From: Dehalococcoidia bacterium
Lineage (GTDB): Bacteria > Chloroflexota > Dehalococcoidia > Lucifugimonadales > QGNO01
Assembly: GCA_965261825.1 (NCBI GenBank)
Contig: CBDHED010000004.1
Span: 73,458-137,457, forward strand
Reading direction: 5' to 3'
Length of the DNA: 64,000 nt
The notes under the pieces: generated by a model
What the model was told of the DNA's origin: nothing
The model's database searches: none
Seen by the model: only the letters and a program-made list of their open reading frames with translations
Part shown: positions 1-10,241 of the stretch, one piece after another
How positions within the stretch are numbered: position 1 is the first letter of the stretch
How the letters are laid out: each line of letters starts with the position of its first letter
Program-made: the position numbers and the translations under genes

Positions 1-121
1 CCAGCGGTTTAGACCGCAGGAACCGCGTAAAACTTCGCCACCGCCTGCCCCATGGAGAAGGAGCACGGGATACTAATACCCCTGTGCTTCCAGTGCTTTC
101 AATTGAGTTTCGCGTAGCCAT
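1..121 (-). CDS. Peptide ABC transporter permease (DppC/OppC-like), N-terminal part; runs off the window
   Basis: Hand translation from ATG at 121 gives MATRNSIESTGSTGVLVSRAPSPWGRRWRSFTRFLRSKPL; GAGG SD upstream; lies directly downstream of a DppB-type gene. Confidence 0.7.
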   Translation of the reverse strand, partial: MATRNSIESTGSTGVLVSRAPSPWGRRWRSFTRFLRSKPL

Positions 122-141
122 AACCGACCTCTTTAACGGAC

Positions 142-1101
142 TTATGCGTAGCGGATGCGCGGGTCAAGCCAAGCATACGTTAGGTCTACTATCAAGTTAG
201 CCACCAGAGCTACCAGTGCAAAGTACATGATATATATCTGGATCACTGGTAAGTCCCTAGTGTTCAAGGCATTTATTAACCCTCTGCCCAGCCCGGGAAG
301 GTTGAACAGCGTTTCTATGACAATGGTGCCGGAGAACAGGAAGCCTATCTGCGTCCCTCCTACCGTCACTACGGGCAATAGTGCGTTCCTCACCGCGTGT
401 TTCATGATGACTACGCGTTCCGCCAGTCCCTTAGCCCTCGCCGTCCTCACGTAGTCCTCACGCAGCACCTCTAAGAGCTGGGTACGAGTGATCCGCAGCA
501 GTAATCCGTTGCTGCTGAAACCAAGCGCGGCAGCGGGCAGAATAAGCTGCTGGATGCTCGTTATAGGATCATCCCAAAGGCTAGTGAAGCCGACGGGAGG
601 CAGCCACCCTATGTATACCGACAACCCCAGTATTACTAGCAAACCTACAAAGAAACTAGGCATCGCCAGCCCGACAATGGCAAACGTTCTCAGGATAAAG
701 TCCAGCCACCCATCCTGCCTTACGGCCGCAATAATACCAATCGGTATAGCGATGAGAGTAACCACAATTGCGGTCAGGACGGCAAGTTGAAGTGTAATGG
801 GAAACTGTCGCTTTAGCTCACCCCACACTGGGCGGTTGGTAGCGAACGAATGGCCCAGGTCACCCCTGGCGAAATCCCATATCCAATTCACAAATTGAAT
901 GTGGATTGGATCGTTTAGGCCAAGCCTTTCTCTGAGGCTATCCAAGTCCTCCTGAGTATATTCGGCCTCTCCATTGGGACCGGCCAGTATCTGCACGGCA
1001 ACGTCTCCCGGCAGGATGCGCAGGAGTACGAAGATGATCAGTGCAACGCCCAGCAGAGTAGGCACAAAAAGCAACACACGCCTCAGAATATACTTCCTCA
1101 T
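142..1101 (-). CDS. Peptide/nickel ABC transporter permease (DppB/OppB family)
   Basis: LPGD N-terminal motif, EAA-like loop EDYVRTARAKGL, C-terminal LDPRIRY. Confidence 0.93.
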   Translation of the reverse strand: MRKYILRRVLLFVPTLLGVALIIFVLLRILPGDVAVQILAGPNGEAEYTQEDLDSLRERLGLNDPIHIQFVNWIWDFARGDLGHSFATNRPVWGELKRQFPITLQLAVLTAIVVTLIAIPIGIIAAVRQDGWLDFILRTFAIVGLAMPSFFVGLLVILGLSVYIGWLPPVGFTSLWDDPITSIQQLILPAAALGFSSNGLLLRITRTQLLEVLREDYVRTARAKGLAERVVIMKHAVRNALLPVVTVGGTQIGFLFSGTIVIETLFNLPGLGRGLINALNTRDLPVIQIYIMYFALVALVANLIVDLTYAWLDPRIRYA

Positions 1102-1206
1102 AGCCCCCCTAGTTTACACTCTAGGACGTAGAATCACAGCCTCTAAAACGAAGTCTGCGATCATTATAATGATCGCAGACTTCGTTTATTATCGAGTAAC
1201 TCTATG

Positions 1207-3102
1207 CTACTCAGCCAGCCAGACGTGCTCCAGCGTCATATTGGAGGCGTGAATGATAGGCACCACATAGCCTCTCCAGTTGCCACGCCAGCCGTGTACC
1301 AGAGCCGGCCTGTTATTACCAACCAGAGCAGCATCGGCGTAGAGAATCTTAGCCATTTCAAACAGCACCGGACCTCTCTCCGCCGGGTCATTTAGCACCA
1401 GCTGCTGGTCCATAAGTACACGCCAATCCTCGTTTACCCAGCTGGTCCAGTTCCTGCCGCCCTCTTCATCCGTGAAGAACACACCCAGATTGAATGCATC
1501 AGGGTCAGCGAAGGAAGCGCCAATGCTCTCTACCGCTATCATCTGGAAGTCACCGGGACTGGTGCGTGCTCGGAAAGCGGCGGTTGTACCCATATTGGTG
1601 GTTGTCACGTCAAGGTAAAGATTGTCTCTCAGCCACTGGCCCTGGATCTCTGCTTCATTCTGAGAACCAGTAGTCACCAAAGCCTCCACAGGCAGCGGAT
1701 TATCCGGGCCGTAGCCGGCTTCCTGCATGAGAGCTTGAGCCTGCGCAAGCTGCTCAGCCCTTGCCATTGGATCCGGATCGAAACCGGGCAAAGCCTCGAA
1801 CCACTCATCCGGCGTAGCGATCCAGTCCCAGTAGAAGAAGTAAGGCGTAGCCAGCGTACCTATGCCATCGTAGTTCAGCTTGCTCATCTCCTGGCGGTCG
1901 AAGCCCATCTGGATGGCGGTACGGATCTTGTCTGCGGTGGGGTCGCCTATGGGGCCAAACGGCGCATTAGACAAGTTCAACTGTATGCCGCGCCAGCCCA
2001 TGGCGTTGATTAGAGGGGCAACCAAATCGTCGCCTACCGCCCTCTGCAACTCCTCTGCATCCGACTTGCTCGGCTGGTTGTCAAAGACACCCAGGGCATC
2101 AATTCTGCCTGCACGGAAGTTGGCCACCCGAACTGCCGCATCTGGAATGAACACTGACGTGTAGCCGTCAAGGTAGGGGAACCCATCACGGAAGAACTGG
2201 TCGTGTCGCTCAAGCTCCGTGATGTTGTCAATTTCATGGTTGACAACCTTGAAGGGGCCGGTGCCAATGGCCTCACCCTTGGCAAAGTCAAGGTCCCTGT
2301 AGCCGTCCGGCGTTACCATGGGGTCGTCAATCTGGCTGGTGTATGTATCCGGCAAGAACGCGCTCCATGCACCGGAGATACAGGAGACAAACGCAGCGCG
2401 GGGAGCATCCAGCCTTATGACCAGTGTCGAAGAATCAATGGCCTCGGCACCGGGGTTGGCTACCGGGTTGCCATTGTCATCTAGTATGTCGGCCACATAT
2501 GCCTGGATGCACCCCTGACGGCGGGGGTTGATGCCGTTCGGGCGCTCCTCATAGCGTATCAGCTGATACGCGGCGTCTTCGGCCGTGTAGGGGTTGCCTT
2601 CGTGATCCACCACTCCGGGTCTGATATTGAAGGTGTACTCTGTGCCGTCTCCACTGACGCTCCAAGCCTCGGCCAGATCGCCTTCAACGGTAACGCGGTC
2701 TACGGGGTTCACTCTTATCAGTCCGTTGTAGATGTTCCCAATCCATCCCAAGCCGTTCCAGCAGAAACCGGTCTGGCTATGGTTGGCGTCCAGCGGTCCG
2801 CAGTTACCCGGCACCGTCACGCTGCCGCCGTACTGCGGCTCATCACCGGGCAGCGGCGTCGGCGTCGGTGGTGCTGGTGTGTTGGTCGCGGTGGGCGCCG
2901 CCGTTACACCTGGCTGTGGTGGTATTGGTGTAGCTGTCGCCGTTGGCAGCACAAGCGTAGGCACCGCCACAGAGGTAGGCGTATCTGCCGGCCGCTGCGT
3001 CGGCGTTGGGTCTTCCTCAGCCGAACCGCACGCCAGCACAAACAAAAGGCCTATGCCTACGGCAGCCCCTAAGAACTTACGAGGCGAGAGAACTGTTCGC
3101 AT
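1207..3102 (-). CDS. ABC transporter substrate-binding lipoprotein, family 5
   Basis: Lipobox VLAC, Pro/Thr linker, GDLAEAWSVSGDGTEYTFNIR and IGTGPFK motifs; start moved to ATG 3102, which has a G-rich SD. Confidence 0.88.
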   Translation of the reverse strand: MRTVLSPRKFLGAAVGIGLLFVLACGSAEEDPTPTQRPADTPTSVAVPTLVLPTATATPIPPQPGVTAAPTATNTPAPPTPTPLPGDEPQYGGSVTVPGNCGPLDANHSQTGFCWNGLGWIGNIYNGLIRVNPVDRVTVEGDLAEAWSVSGDGTEYTFNIRPGVVDHEGNPYTAEDAAYQLIRYEERPNGINPRRQGCIQAYVADILDDNGNPVANPGAEAIDSSTLVIRLDAPRAAFVSCISGAWSAFLPDTYTSQIDDPMVTPDGYRDLDFAKGEAIGTGPFKVVNHEIDNITELERHDQFFRDGFPYLDGYTSVFIPDAAVRVANFRAGRIDALGVFDNQPSKSDAEELQRAVGDDLVAPLINAMGWRGIQLNLSNAPFGPIGDPTADKIRTAIQMGFDRQEMSKLNYDGIGTLATPYFFYWDWIATPDEWFEALPGFDPDPMARAEQLAQAQALMQEAGYGPDNPLPVEALVTTGSQNEAEIQGQWLRDNLYLDVTTTNMGTTAAFRARTSPGDFQMIAVESIGASFADPDAFNLGVFFTDEEGGRNWTSWVNEDWRVLMDQQLVLNDPAERGPVLFEMAKILYADAALVGNNRPALVHGWRGNWRGYVVPIIHASNMTLEHVWLAE

Positions 3103-3333
3103 AATGCGCACCCCCCTAATGGAACTCAAAATCTTACTTGGCTTGGTCTGTGAATAGTGATTCTTATCAGAAAAACACAATCGTCCCTATATTGATTAAG
3201 CAACGATTGTGCCGAGGAAACATACAATAAACCATAGTCCTCTGTCAAATTGATGCGCTGACCGTTTACTTTACCATAATACGCTGGAATGTCGGCCCCG
3301 GATTTCTTCTGCCAGAGCAAACGAGTGACATTC

Positions 3334-3419
3334 TGGTGCCGAAGCCCGGACTCGAACCGGGACGGGGTTGCCCCCAATGGTTTTTGAGACCATCGCGTCT
3401 ACCATTCCGCCACTTCGGC
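3334..3419 (-). tRNA. tRNA-Leu(CAA)
   Basis: GCCGAAG/CTTCGGC acceptor stem, anticodon arm ATGGT-CTCAAAA-ACCAT, long variable arm, GTTCGAGTC T-loop, encoded CCA. Confidence 0.96.
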
Positions 3420-3576
3420 GTATCCACATTGTAGTGACAGCCTTCTTACCCCGCAATCTCCCCTCCCAACATGAGGCGACTTCGGTTGACACTATTCAAC
3501 TTGGGGTGCTAAACTGGCAGCCAAGGATAAGCTGCGTTTCACCCTATCTACTGGGGGAGCGAAAGGAGACCGCAAT

Positions 3577-3942
3577 TTGGAGGAGATTAAAGTTACCGAA
3601 CTGGCGGCAACCAAGCTGAAGGAGATCATAGAGGAGGAAGGTGAAATCGGGGCAGCATTGAGAATAGCCGTCACGGCGAGTTCTCATGGTGGAGCGGGGT
3701 ATTCCCTTTCCTTAGACGGCCAGACCAGCCAGGATGATATGCTCATGCATTCCAACGGCGTCCAGATTGTGGTTGATCAGGATAGTCTTCCGTTGTTGCA
3801 GGGTTCTGAAATAGATTATATGGATGGGCTGATGCGCAGCGGTTTCGTAATCAACAACCCCAATATAGAGTCCGGCGGGTGTGCCTGCGGCGGCTCCGGC
3901 GGGTGTGCCTGCGGCGGCTCCGGCGGCTGTGGCGGCCACTAG
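3577..3942 (+). CDS. Fe-S cluster assembly A-type carrier (HesB/IscA/ErpA family) with an expanded Cys/Gly tail
   Basis: IKVTELAA..L start, GSEIDY, GFVINNPN followed by CACG motifs. Confidence 0.85.
   Translation: MEEIKVTELAATKLKEIIEEEGEIGAALRIAVTASSHGGAGYSLSLDGQTSQDDMLMHSNGVQIVVDQDSLPLLQGSEIDYMDGLMRSGFVINNPNIESGGCACGGSGGCACGGSGGCGGH
3871..3939 (+). repeat. In-frame 24-bp tandem repeat (SGGCACGG x2 plus a partial copy)
   Basis: TCCGGCGGGTGTGCCTGCGGCGGC at 3871-3894 and 3895-3918, then TCCGGCGGCTGTGGCGGCCAC. Confidence 0.9.
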
Positions 3943-3945
3943 CCA

Positions 3946-4902
3946 CTATAGAGTTTGAGGGGTTTCATCTCCTAACTCTTCAATGTAGTGGTACGCGCTG
4001 AGTGCAGCCGTTATGCCATCTCCCACAGCGGTGCCCAGCTGCCGGTCGGAGTTGGCCCTTACGTCGCCGGCTCCATAAACTCCGGGCAGGTTGGTTTCCA
4101 TTGCCATGTTGGCAATGATATGACCCCCGCCATCGAGCTCTATGGGGCTTCCTCTGAGAAACTCGGTATTGGGATGGAAGCCTATAAAGACGAATAAACC
4201 AGGCACATCCAAGCTCGATGTCTCGCCTGAGTGCGTGTTCTTCAATAGCACGGACTCCATCAGACCGTTGCCTTGGACCCTCTCTACAACCGTGTTCCAT
4301 TTGAACTCTATCTTGGGGTGCTTCATTGCTCTGTCTTGCAGAATCTTGCTGGCCCGGAGCTTGTCTCGGCGATGTAGAACGGTCACCTTCTCCGTCATCT
4401 GCGTCAGATACAGGCTTTCCTGCATTGCTGAATCGCCCCCGCCAACAACAGCAACCGGCATATCGCGGAAGAAGTTGCCGTCGCATGTGGCGCAATATGA
4501 AACGCCCTTGCCGGAGTACTCATCTTCGCCGGGCACTTCCAGTTTGTTGTGGTCTCCACCGGAAGAGATGATGATCGCCTTGGCGCTGTATTCGCCCTCG
4601 TCGCCTACCACGGTCTTCACCGCGCCATCCAGATTCTTCAGTCCAATGACTGAATCGTACAGAACCTCAGCACCGTACTTGACGGCCTGCCGCTCGTACA
4701 ATTGAGATAGCTCCGGTCCGGTGATGCCGTCAGGGAATCCGGGATAGTTCTCTATGACGTCGGTGAGCAGGATTTGCCCTCCCGGCGCAAGTCTTTCGAC
4801 TATCGCTGTTTTGAGCATGGCGCGAGACGTGTATAGAGCCGCGCTCAGCCCTGTTGCTCCTCCACCTACTATGATTACGTCGAAGTCAGCGTTGCCAGCC
4901 AC
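3946..4902 (-). CDS. trxB: Thioredoxin-disulfide reductase
   Basis: GGGATG FAD motif, CATCDG redox site, GGGDSA NADPH motif; probable GTG start at 4902 with GGAGG SD. Confidence 0.95.
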   Translation of the reverse strand: MAGNADFDVIIVGGGATGLSAALYTSRAMLKTAIVERLAPGGQILLTDVIENYPGFPDGITGPELSQLYERQAVKYGAEVLYDSVIGLKNLDGAVKTVVGDEGEYSAKAIIISSGGDHNKLEVPGEDEYSGKGVSYCATCDGNFFRDMPVAVVGGGDSAMQESLYLTQMTEKVTVLHRRDKLRASKILQDRAMKHPKIEFKWNTVVERVQGNGLMESVLLKNTHSGETSSLDVPGLFVFIGFHPNTEFLRGSPIELDGGGHIIANMAMETNLPGVYGAGDVRANSDRQLGTAVGDGITAALSAYHYIEELGDETPQTL

Positions 4903-5039
4903 TGGGTATCCCTCCCTATGTCTTTGAATGTGCAGGACCAAGGTCTAAAGCCGCCTTGATCAGTGCGGCCAATTCAATGTATCTCTTTCTTCTAGTTCCC
5001 CTGTCCATCGGAATTGCGATGTGTCGAAACAGGCGCATG

Positions 5040-5945
5040 CTATCTAATCATCCTGGGGCCCTTGTTGGCCTCTATTGCCTGAAGGCGTCGGACGCGTTCT
5101 TCAATTGGGGGATGCGTTGAGAAGAGGCGCGCCATTCCAGCCCCGCTCAAGCTACTCAACGGATTTACAATGAACAGGTGAGAAACAGGCTCAAGGCGCT
5201 CTTTGGGTATGTCCATGCTCCGTGCATTGCTGCCCTTCTGGAGCTTTGCCAATGCGCTGGCCAAGGCCAGAGGTTTGCCAGACGTCGCCGCGCCCGTACG
5301 GTCGGCCTGGTACTCCCTGGTACGGGATATGGCCAGCCGCACAAGGGTTGCCGCCAAGGGCATGACTATGACTACGACCAGCAACCCTATCAATCCTATG
5401 GCGCCGCCTCCGCCTCCGCCGCGCCGGCCGCTCATTCCTCCGAAGATAAGCGACCACTGCGCCATCCAGGCGATCATGGTGATGGCGCCGGCCACCGCGG
5501 CCACCATGGTCATAATCAGCGTATCCCGGTTGCCGACGTGGGCCAGCTCATGGGCTATCACGGCGCCGAGCTCGTCGCGGTTAAGAATGCGCATGATGCC
5601 CGTGGTCACCGCAATAGAGGCTTTCTTCTTGCTGCGGCCGGTGGCGAAGGCGTTGGGCGAATCGGAATCCATGATGAACACCTTGGGCTTGGGAATTCCG
5701 GCTAAGTGCACCTGCTCGTCCACCACGCTATGCAACTCCGGCGCTTCATCCTGAGAAGCCAACTTTGCACGCGACATGGATAGCACCAGCTTGTCGCTGA
5801 ACCAGAAGCCAAGAATGTTCATAGCCAGGGCTATGAAGAGGAAAATCAGCACTATGGAGGGGTCACCACCGCCTATCAGTGCTCCGGTGAGAAGCAGTAG
5901 AAAGGTCAGAAAAATGAACAGCACGCCTGTCTTTATTAGGTTCAT
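5040..5945 (-). CDS. htpX: Zinc metalloprotease HtpX (M48)
   Basis: PNAFATG, AHELAH, SRTREYQAD, FSTHPP motifs. Confidence 0.94.
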   Translation of the reverse strand: MNLIKTGVLFIFLTFLLLLTGALIGGGDPSIVLIFLFIALAMNILGFWFSDKLVLSMSRAKLASQDEAPELHSVVDEQVHLAGIPKPKVFIMDSDSPNAFATGRSKKKASIAVTTGIMRILNRDELGAVIAHELAHVGNRDTLIMTMVAAVAGAITMIAWMAQWSLIFGGMSGRRGGGGGGAIGLIGLLVVVIVMPLAATLVRLAISRTREYQADRTGAATSGKPLALASALAKLQKGSNARSMDIPKERLEPVSHLFIVNPLSSLSGAGMARLFSTHPPIEERVRRLQAIEANKGPRMIR

Positions 5946-6044
5946 GACTCTTGGGTCACCATCCTGATATAACCAACTTACGTATGTATATTATACACAG
6001 CACGTCACTTTGAGGGGCAACCTTTACGTCTTGAATCCAACGCC

Positions 6045-7337
6045 CTACGGGCGCTTAAGATTGGGCTTCTTAACCATCAGAGTGGACGGCACGGCGGGGA
6101 TCATCAGCAACGCCATTGTTATGAACGCCGGCCTGTAGCTGCCCGTGATGTCAAAGACAAGGCCTGCGAATACAGGCCCCACGACGCCAAATACCGCTGT
6201 CAAGGTCATGATCAGCCCCACCAGCGCTCCATACGATTTCCTACCAAAATAGTCGGCGAGGAGGGCAAACCGCACTGGCACGGTGCCCCCATGGGCCAGC
6301 GAATACAGTGGGACGAAGATTGCTATGTGCCACACCTCTGTTATAAGAGCAAATGCAAGAGCGCCCAAGGAGAACATCACATAGGTGAAGGCCAGCACGT
6401 TGCGTTTGTTCAGTGTGTCGGCAAGAAACCCCAGAACCAAGCGACCCGTTACGTTGCCAAGGGCCAAAGCCAGAACAGCAAAGCCAGCGGTGGTGGTGGC
6501 TATGCCGAAGCTCTCCAGGCCGGGGATAATCATCACCACGGTTGTGGACATCACCATGCCGGACAATCCCATTCCCAGCACCAAGAGCCATAGAGCGGGT
6601 GTCCTCAGCATCTGTCTCACGGTGAAATTGACCTCGTTGTACTCAGGCGAATCTACCGTGTCTTCTCTTTCCTGCGACTCTTCTTTATTTTGGTATGGAT
6701 GGACGCCGTCCGGCAGATAGCCGTATTGCTCAGGCCGGTGGCGCATGACGAGCGAGACCGGTATCCCAACCAAGAGCGTGCCGACCCCGATCCAGTCTAG
6801 AACAGCACGCCAACCGTAGCTGCCGATTGCCCAAACAAGAACCGGTGCGCCAATGCCTCCCAATGACCCGCCGGCGAAGGCGAAGGTGAGCGCCCTGCTT
6901 CTTTTGCGGATGAACCAGTTACTGATTACGGGAGTAGTGGTTACCATGGTGGCCATGGCTATGCCGAGCGCCAGCAATCCAAAGGAGAGGTAGAAGCTGA
7001 GCAGGGACGTTATGCGCGCCAGTGCAAAGAACCCCAATGCCGTAGTTACGGTACCCACCACCATCACGCCGCGCGCTCCATACCGGTCCACCATGAACCC
7101 AACGAACGGCCCGGCAATTCCTGATTCGGTGCGCTGAAGTGATAGGGCGGTAGCGGTTGCCGCCCGGCTGAAGCCAAACTCGTTGGCTATGGGGTTGAAG
7201 AAAGCGGTGAATCCGAAGAAAAAGGTAGCAGATGTAAAGAACGCCTGCAGTGCTGCCGCAGCCACTATATACCAGCCAAAGAAGATCCTGTTCCTCTTCT
7301 TACCTACGGCTGTTTCGGTGGATATTGGTTCCATCAA
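6045..7337 (-). CDS. MFS transporter (monocarboxylate/OFA-like)
   Basis: About 12 hydrophobic segments, GFMVDRYGAR motif A, FFGWYIV start. Confidence 0.88.
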   Translation of the reverse strand: MMEPISTETAVGKKRNRIFFGWYIVAAAALQAFFTSATFFFGFTAFFNPIANEFGFSRAATATALSLQRTESGIAGPFVGFMVDRYGARGVMVVGTVTTALGFFALARITSLLSFYLSFGLLALGIAMATMVTTTPVISNWFIRKRSRALTFAFAGGSLGGIGAPVLVWAIGSYGWRAVLDWIGVGTLLVGIPVSLVMRHRPEQYGYLPDGVHPYQNKEESQEREDTVDSPEYNEVNFTVRQMLRTPALWLLVLGMGLSGMVMSTTVVMIIPGLESFGIATTTAGFAVLALALGNVTGRLVLGFLADTLNKRNVLAFTYVMFSLGALAFALITEVWHIAIFVPLYSLAHGGTVPVRFALLADYFGRKSYGALVGLIMTLTAVFGVVGPVFAGLVFDITGSYRPAFITMALLMIPAVPSTLMVKKPNLKRP

Positions 7338-7480
7338 GTGGTACTTCCAGCGTCACTTAAATCATATCTCTACCGTCAATGCAGACGGACATAGAGGCAT
7401 GGAAGCGTTTGGGGTTCTACCGCAAGGGGCCTGCTCATCTAGAGCCTGTCCAGGGATGAAAACGGCTGAACGGCCCCACA

Positions 7481-7536
7481 CCCCTAGATGCCCGTCCCCG
7501 CATCAAAGTGCGGGGCAGGCTGCACGGGCATGACGG
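7481..7536. repeat. REP-like palindromic element (family B) with nested hairpin
   Basis: ATGCCCGT...ACGGGCATGACG stem enclosing CCCCGCA-tcaaag-TGCGGGG; related copies at 24961-25026 and 58401-58440. Confidence 0.65.
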
Positions 7537-7609
7537 AAGGGGCATCTGCCTTTACCCTCCAACAGGCCGGTGATATATTCAGGCCGACCCCTGTCTGAGA
7601 GGTGACTCT

Positions 7610-9496
7610 ATGCAGTTTTCTAAGTCTGAATACGGCGTTATGGTCCTGGAAGACGTCGCGGTGCCTATGCGTGATGGCGTTGGGCTGGCAACGGACGTCT
7701 ATTTCCCTGCTGATGGTGGTAAGCCCGTGGAGGGGCCCCTGCCGGTAATCCTGGAACGCACGCCATACAACAAGCGCGCCCCTGACAGGGTAGAAAAGAA
7801 CTGCCGTTATTTTGCCAAGAGGGGCTACATCTTTGTCATGCAGGACTGCCGCGCTTGTTACCAGTCGGAAGGCGAATTCGGCTTTTTCTGGCAGGAAGGG
7901 CCGGACGGCTACGACACCATGAGATGGTTGGTTGAGCAGGCCTGGTGCAATGGCAAGATAGGCACCACTGGAACGTCCTATGCCGGTTGGACGCAGAACT
8001 CGCTGGCGGTGCAAGACCCGCCGGGGCTGACCTGCATGTGGGTCAACGAGGGTGCTTCCAACGGCTATACCAGCACGCTCCGGCAGGGAGGTGCCCTGGA
8101 ACTGCGTTTCCTAACCTGGCTATACTGGCACGCCGGCACCAACTCCAACGCCCTGCTCAAGAGTAACCCCGCGGCAGCCAGGGCGCTGGACGGGTCCGAT
8201 ACCCGCGAGATTCTCAAGCGACTGCCCATCAAAAAGGGACAGACACCGCTGGCGCACGCCCCGGCTTACGAGCGGCTTGCGATTCAGCTGCTCACTCGCG
8301 GTGATTATGACGATCTGTGGAAGGACCCCAGCGTCAACTTTGAGCTTCATTGGGACCAGTTCGCGGACGTGCCCACGGTTTTTTCCAGCGCTTGGTACGA
8401 CTCCTATACCAGGGCTAACCTGGAGAACTTTGTCGGCCTGTCCCAGAAAAAGAGAGGCCCATACCGTCTGCTCATGGGTCCCTGGACGCACGGGGACGGT
8501 CCGATGGCTTTCACCCATTCCGGCGGCATAGACCTAGGGCGCGAGGCTCCTATAGACTACAACGAGGAGCGCCTGCGCTGGTTCGATTACTGGCTCAAAG
8601 GGCTGGACAACGGCGTTGAGGATGACCCTACCGTGCGCATCTTCGTCATGGGGGGCGGCGACGGCCGGATGAACAGGGAAGGCCGCCTTAATCATGGGGG
8701 CCGCTGGCGGGACGAGCAGGAGTGGCCGCTTTCTCGCGCTGGAAGCGTAAGCTACCATCTCCACGGCGACGGCTCTTTGCGCATGGACGCGCCTGAAGAG
8801 CAGAGCTCTTCCACCACGTATCAGTTCGACCCCACGGACCCCGTACCTTCGGTGGGAGGCAACATATCGTCGCTGGCGACGCTGCGCCCGGTCCCGGATT
8901 TCATTGCCGACTCGTCGCTGCTGCCGCAGGGATCCCGCGTGGAGCAGATAGTGGCGGCCGGCGGCTGGGACCAGCGGGAGCGAGAGGACGTCTACGGGGC
9001 CAGGCCACCATTCAACGCACCGTTGAGCGCCCGGCACGACGTGCTGGTGTTTCAGACGGATCGCTTGGAACGCGACGTTGAGATCACCGGGCCAATAGAG
9101 GTGAAGCTGTGGGTATCGTCCGATGCGCCTGATACCGATTTCACGGCAAAGCTGATAGACGTCTATCCACCAAACGAGGACTACCCTGATGGGTTTGCCC
9201 TCAATATATCGGACAGCATCTTCAGAATGCGCTATCGTGACTCATGGGAAAAGCCGTCGCCAATGAGCCCCGGCGAGGTCTACCCGGTGACGATAGTGCT
9301 GTACCCTACATCGAACGTCTTTGCCAAGGGGCACCGGATAAGATTGGACGTGTCCAGCTCCAACTTTCCCCGCTTTGACGCGAACCCCAATACGGGAGAG
9401 CCTCTGGGGCGCAACACGCACACTCGCGCGGCGATGAACAGGGTCCACCACGACGCCGACCGCCCGTCTCACGTTGTGCTCAGCGTTGTGGGATAG
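7610..9496 (+). CDS. CocE/NonD family serine hydrolase
   Basis: VPMRDGV, RTPY, GTSYAG nucleophile elbow, GPWTH, SSSNFPRFD. Confidence 0.92.
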   Translation: MQFSKSEYGVMVLEDVAVPMRDGVGLATDVYFPADGGKPVEGPLPVILERTPYNKRAPDRVEKNCRYFAKRGYIFVMQDCRACYQSEGEFGFFWQEGPDGYDTMRWLVEQAWCNGKIGTTGTSYAGWTQNSLAVQDPPGLTCMWVNEGASNGYTSTLRQGGALELRFLTWLYWHAGTNSNALLKSNPAAARALDGSDTREILKRLPIKKGQTPLAHAPAYERLAIQLLTRGDYDDLWKDPSVNFELHWDQFADVPTVFSSAWYDSYTRANLENFVGLSQKKRGPYRLLMGPWTHGDGPMAFTHSGGIDLGREAPIDYNEERLRWFDYWLKGLDNGVEDDPTVRIFVMGGGDGRMNREGRLNHGGRWRDEQEWPLSRAGSVSYHLHGDGSLRMDAPEEQSSSTTYQFDPTDPVPSVGGNISSLATLRPVPDFIADSSLLPQGSRVEQIVAAGGWDQREREDVYGARPPFNAPLSARHDVLVFQTDRLERDVEITGPIEVKLWVSSDAPDTDFTAKLIDVYPPNEDYPDGFALNISDSIFRMRYRDSWEKPSPMSPGEVYPVTIVLYPTSNVFAKGHRIRLDVSSSNFPRFDANPNTGEPLGRNTHTRAAMNRVHHDADRPSHVVLSVVG

Positions 9497-9559
9497 GAGA
9501 GAGCAAGGAGAACACCTTTCTCCTCATGCAACTATGATCAATTGCTTTCCGTAGTGCAA

Positions 9560-9946
9560 TCAACTCCCGGCCAAGTGCTGGACCTTCCCCTCAAGCCAGG
9601 CTGCCAGTTCCGCAAACCGGAAGGAGTTGCCCTCAAACAGCTTCATGAAGAAGGCGTATGTCTCTTCGTTGTCGCAGTCGATGAAGTGGCCGTTCATGCG
9701 TAGAAATGAGTCTGTGACAGCCAGCGCAACACGCTTGTTACCGTCTACAAACGGGTGGTTCATGGCAAGGCTCTCCATGAGTGCGGCCGCTTCTTGGATG
9801 AGGCTGTCATAGTAACCAAGCTGGGGGCGCAACAGGGCAGATTCCAAGGCCCCTGGATCTCGCAAGCCGGTCGAGCCGCCAGTCTCTCGGATCAGGATGT
9901 CGTGAATCGCGATGACCTCTTCGAGTGAGAGAAAATCATGGGTCAT
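9560..9946 (-). CDS. Doc/Fic family toxin (type II TA)
   Basis: HPFVDGNKR motif, GLRD.GALESAL.RP. Confidence 0.92.
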   Translation of the reverse strand: MTHDFLSLEEVIAIHDILIRETGGSTGLRDPGALESALLRPQLGYYDSLIQEAAALMESLAMNHPFVDGNKRVALAVTDSFLRMNGHFIDCDNEETYAFFMKLFEGNSFRFAELAAWLEGKVQHLAGS

Positions 9947-10170
9947 TGAGCCAGCAACTCGTAAAGGCGCCTGTTCTTCTCAAGGCTGGCACGGAAGTGG
10001 GCCATCACCTCTGGACGGACTCTCCCCCTTGCCTTGTTGTCAAGGTATTCTCGAATGGCGTCCTCCAGCACCGCCTGGAAGTGCCGTCCCTCTTTGCTGG
10101 CGAGATCACGCAGTGCAGCCAGCAGATCATGGTCGGCCTGGCTGGAGAACTTCTGTCGCGTTGCTGCCAT
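9943..10170 (-). CDS. Putative ribbon-helix-helix antitoxin
   Basis: 75 aa; 4-nt overlap with the toxin gene; GGAG SD; ends RRLYELLAQ like Doc-associated antitoxins. Confidence 0.78.
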   Translation of the reverse strand: MAATRQKFSSQADHDLLAALRDLASKEGRHFQAVLEDAIREYLDNKARGRVRPEVMAHFRASLEKNRRLYELLAQ

Positions 10171-10221
10171 TTAATGCTCTCCTCTTTGGTATGCCTCCAT
10201 CATGGGGTCGGGCAACCATTA

Positions 10222-10241
10222 TGTCAAGATATGTCTTGACA
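10222..10241. promoter_or_regulatory. Palindromic operator overlapping the putative -35 of the TA promoter
   Basis: TGTCAAGA-tatg-TCTTGACA perfect 8-bp inverted repeat; minus-strand TTGACA-N17-CATGAT. Confidence 0.6.
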
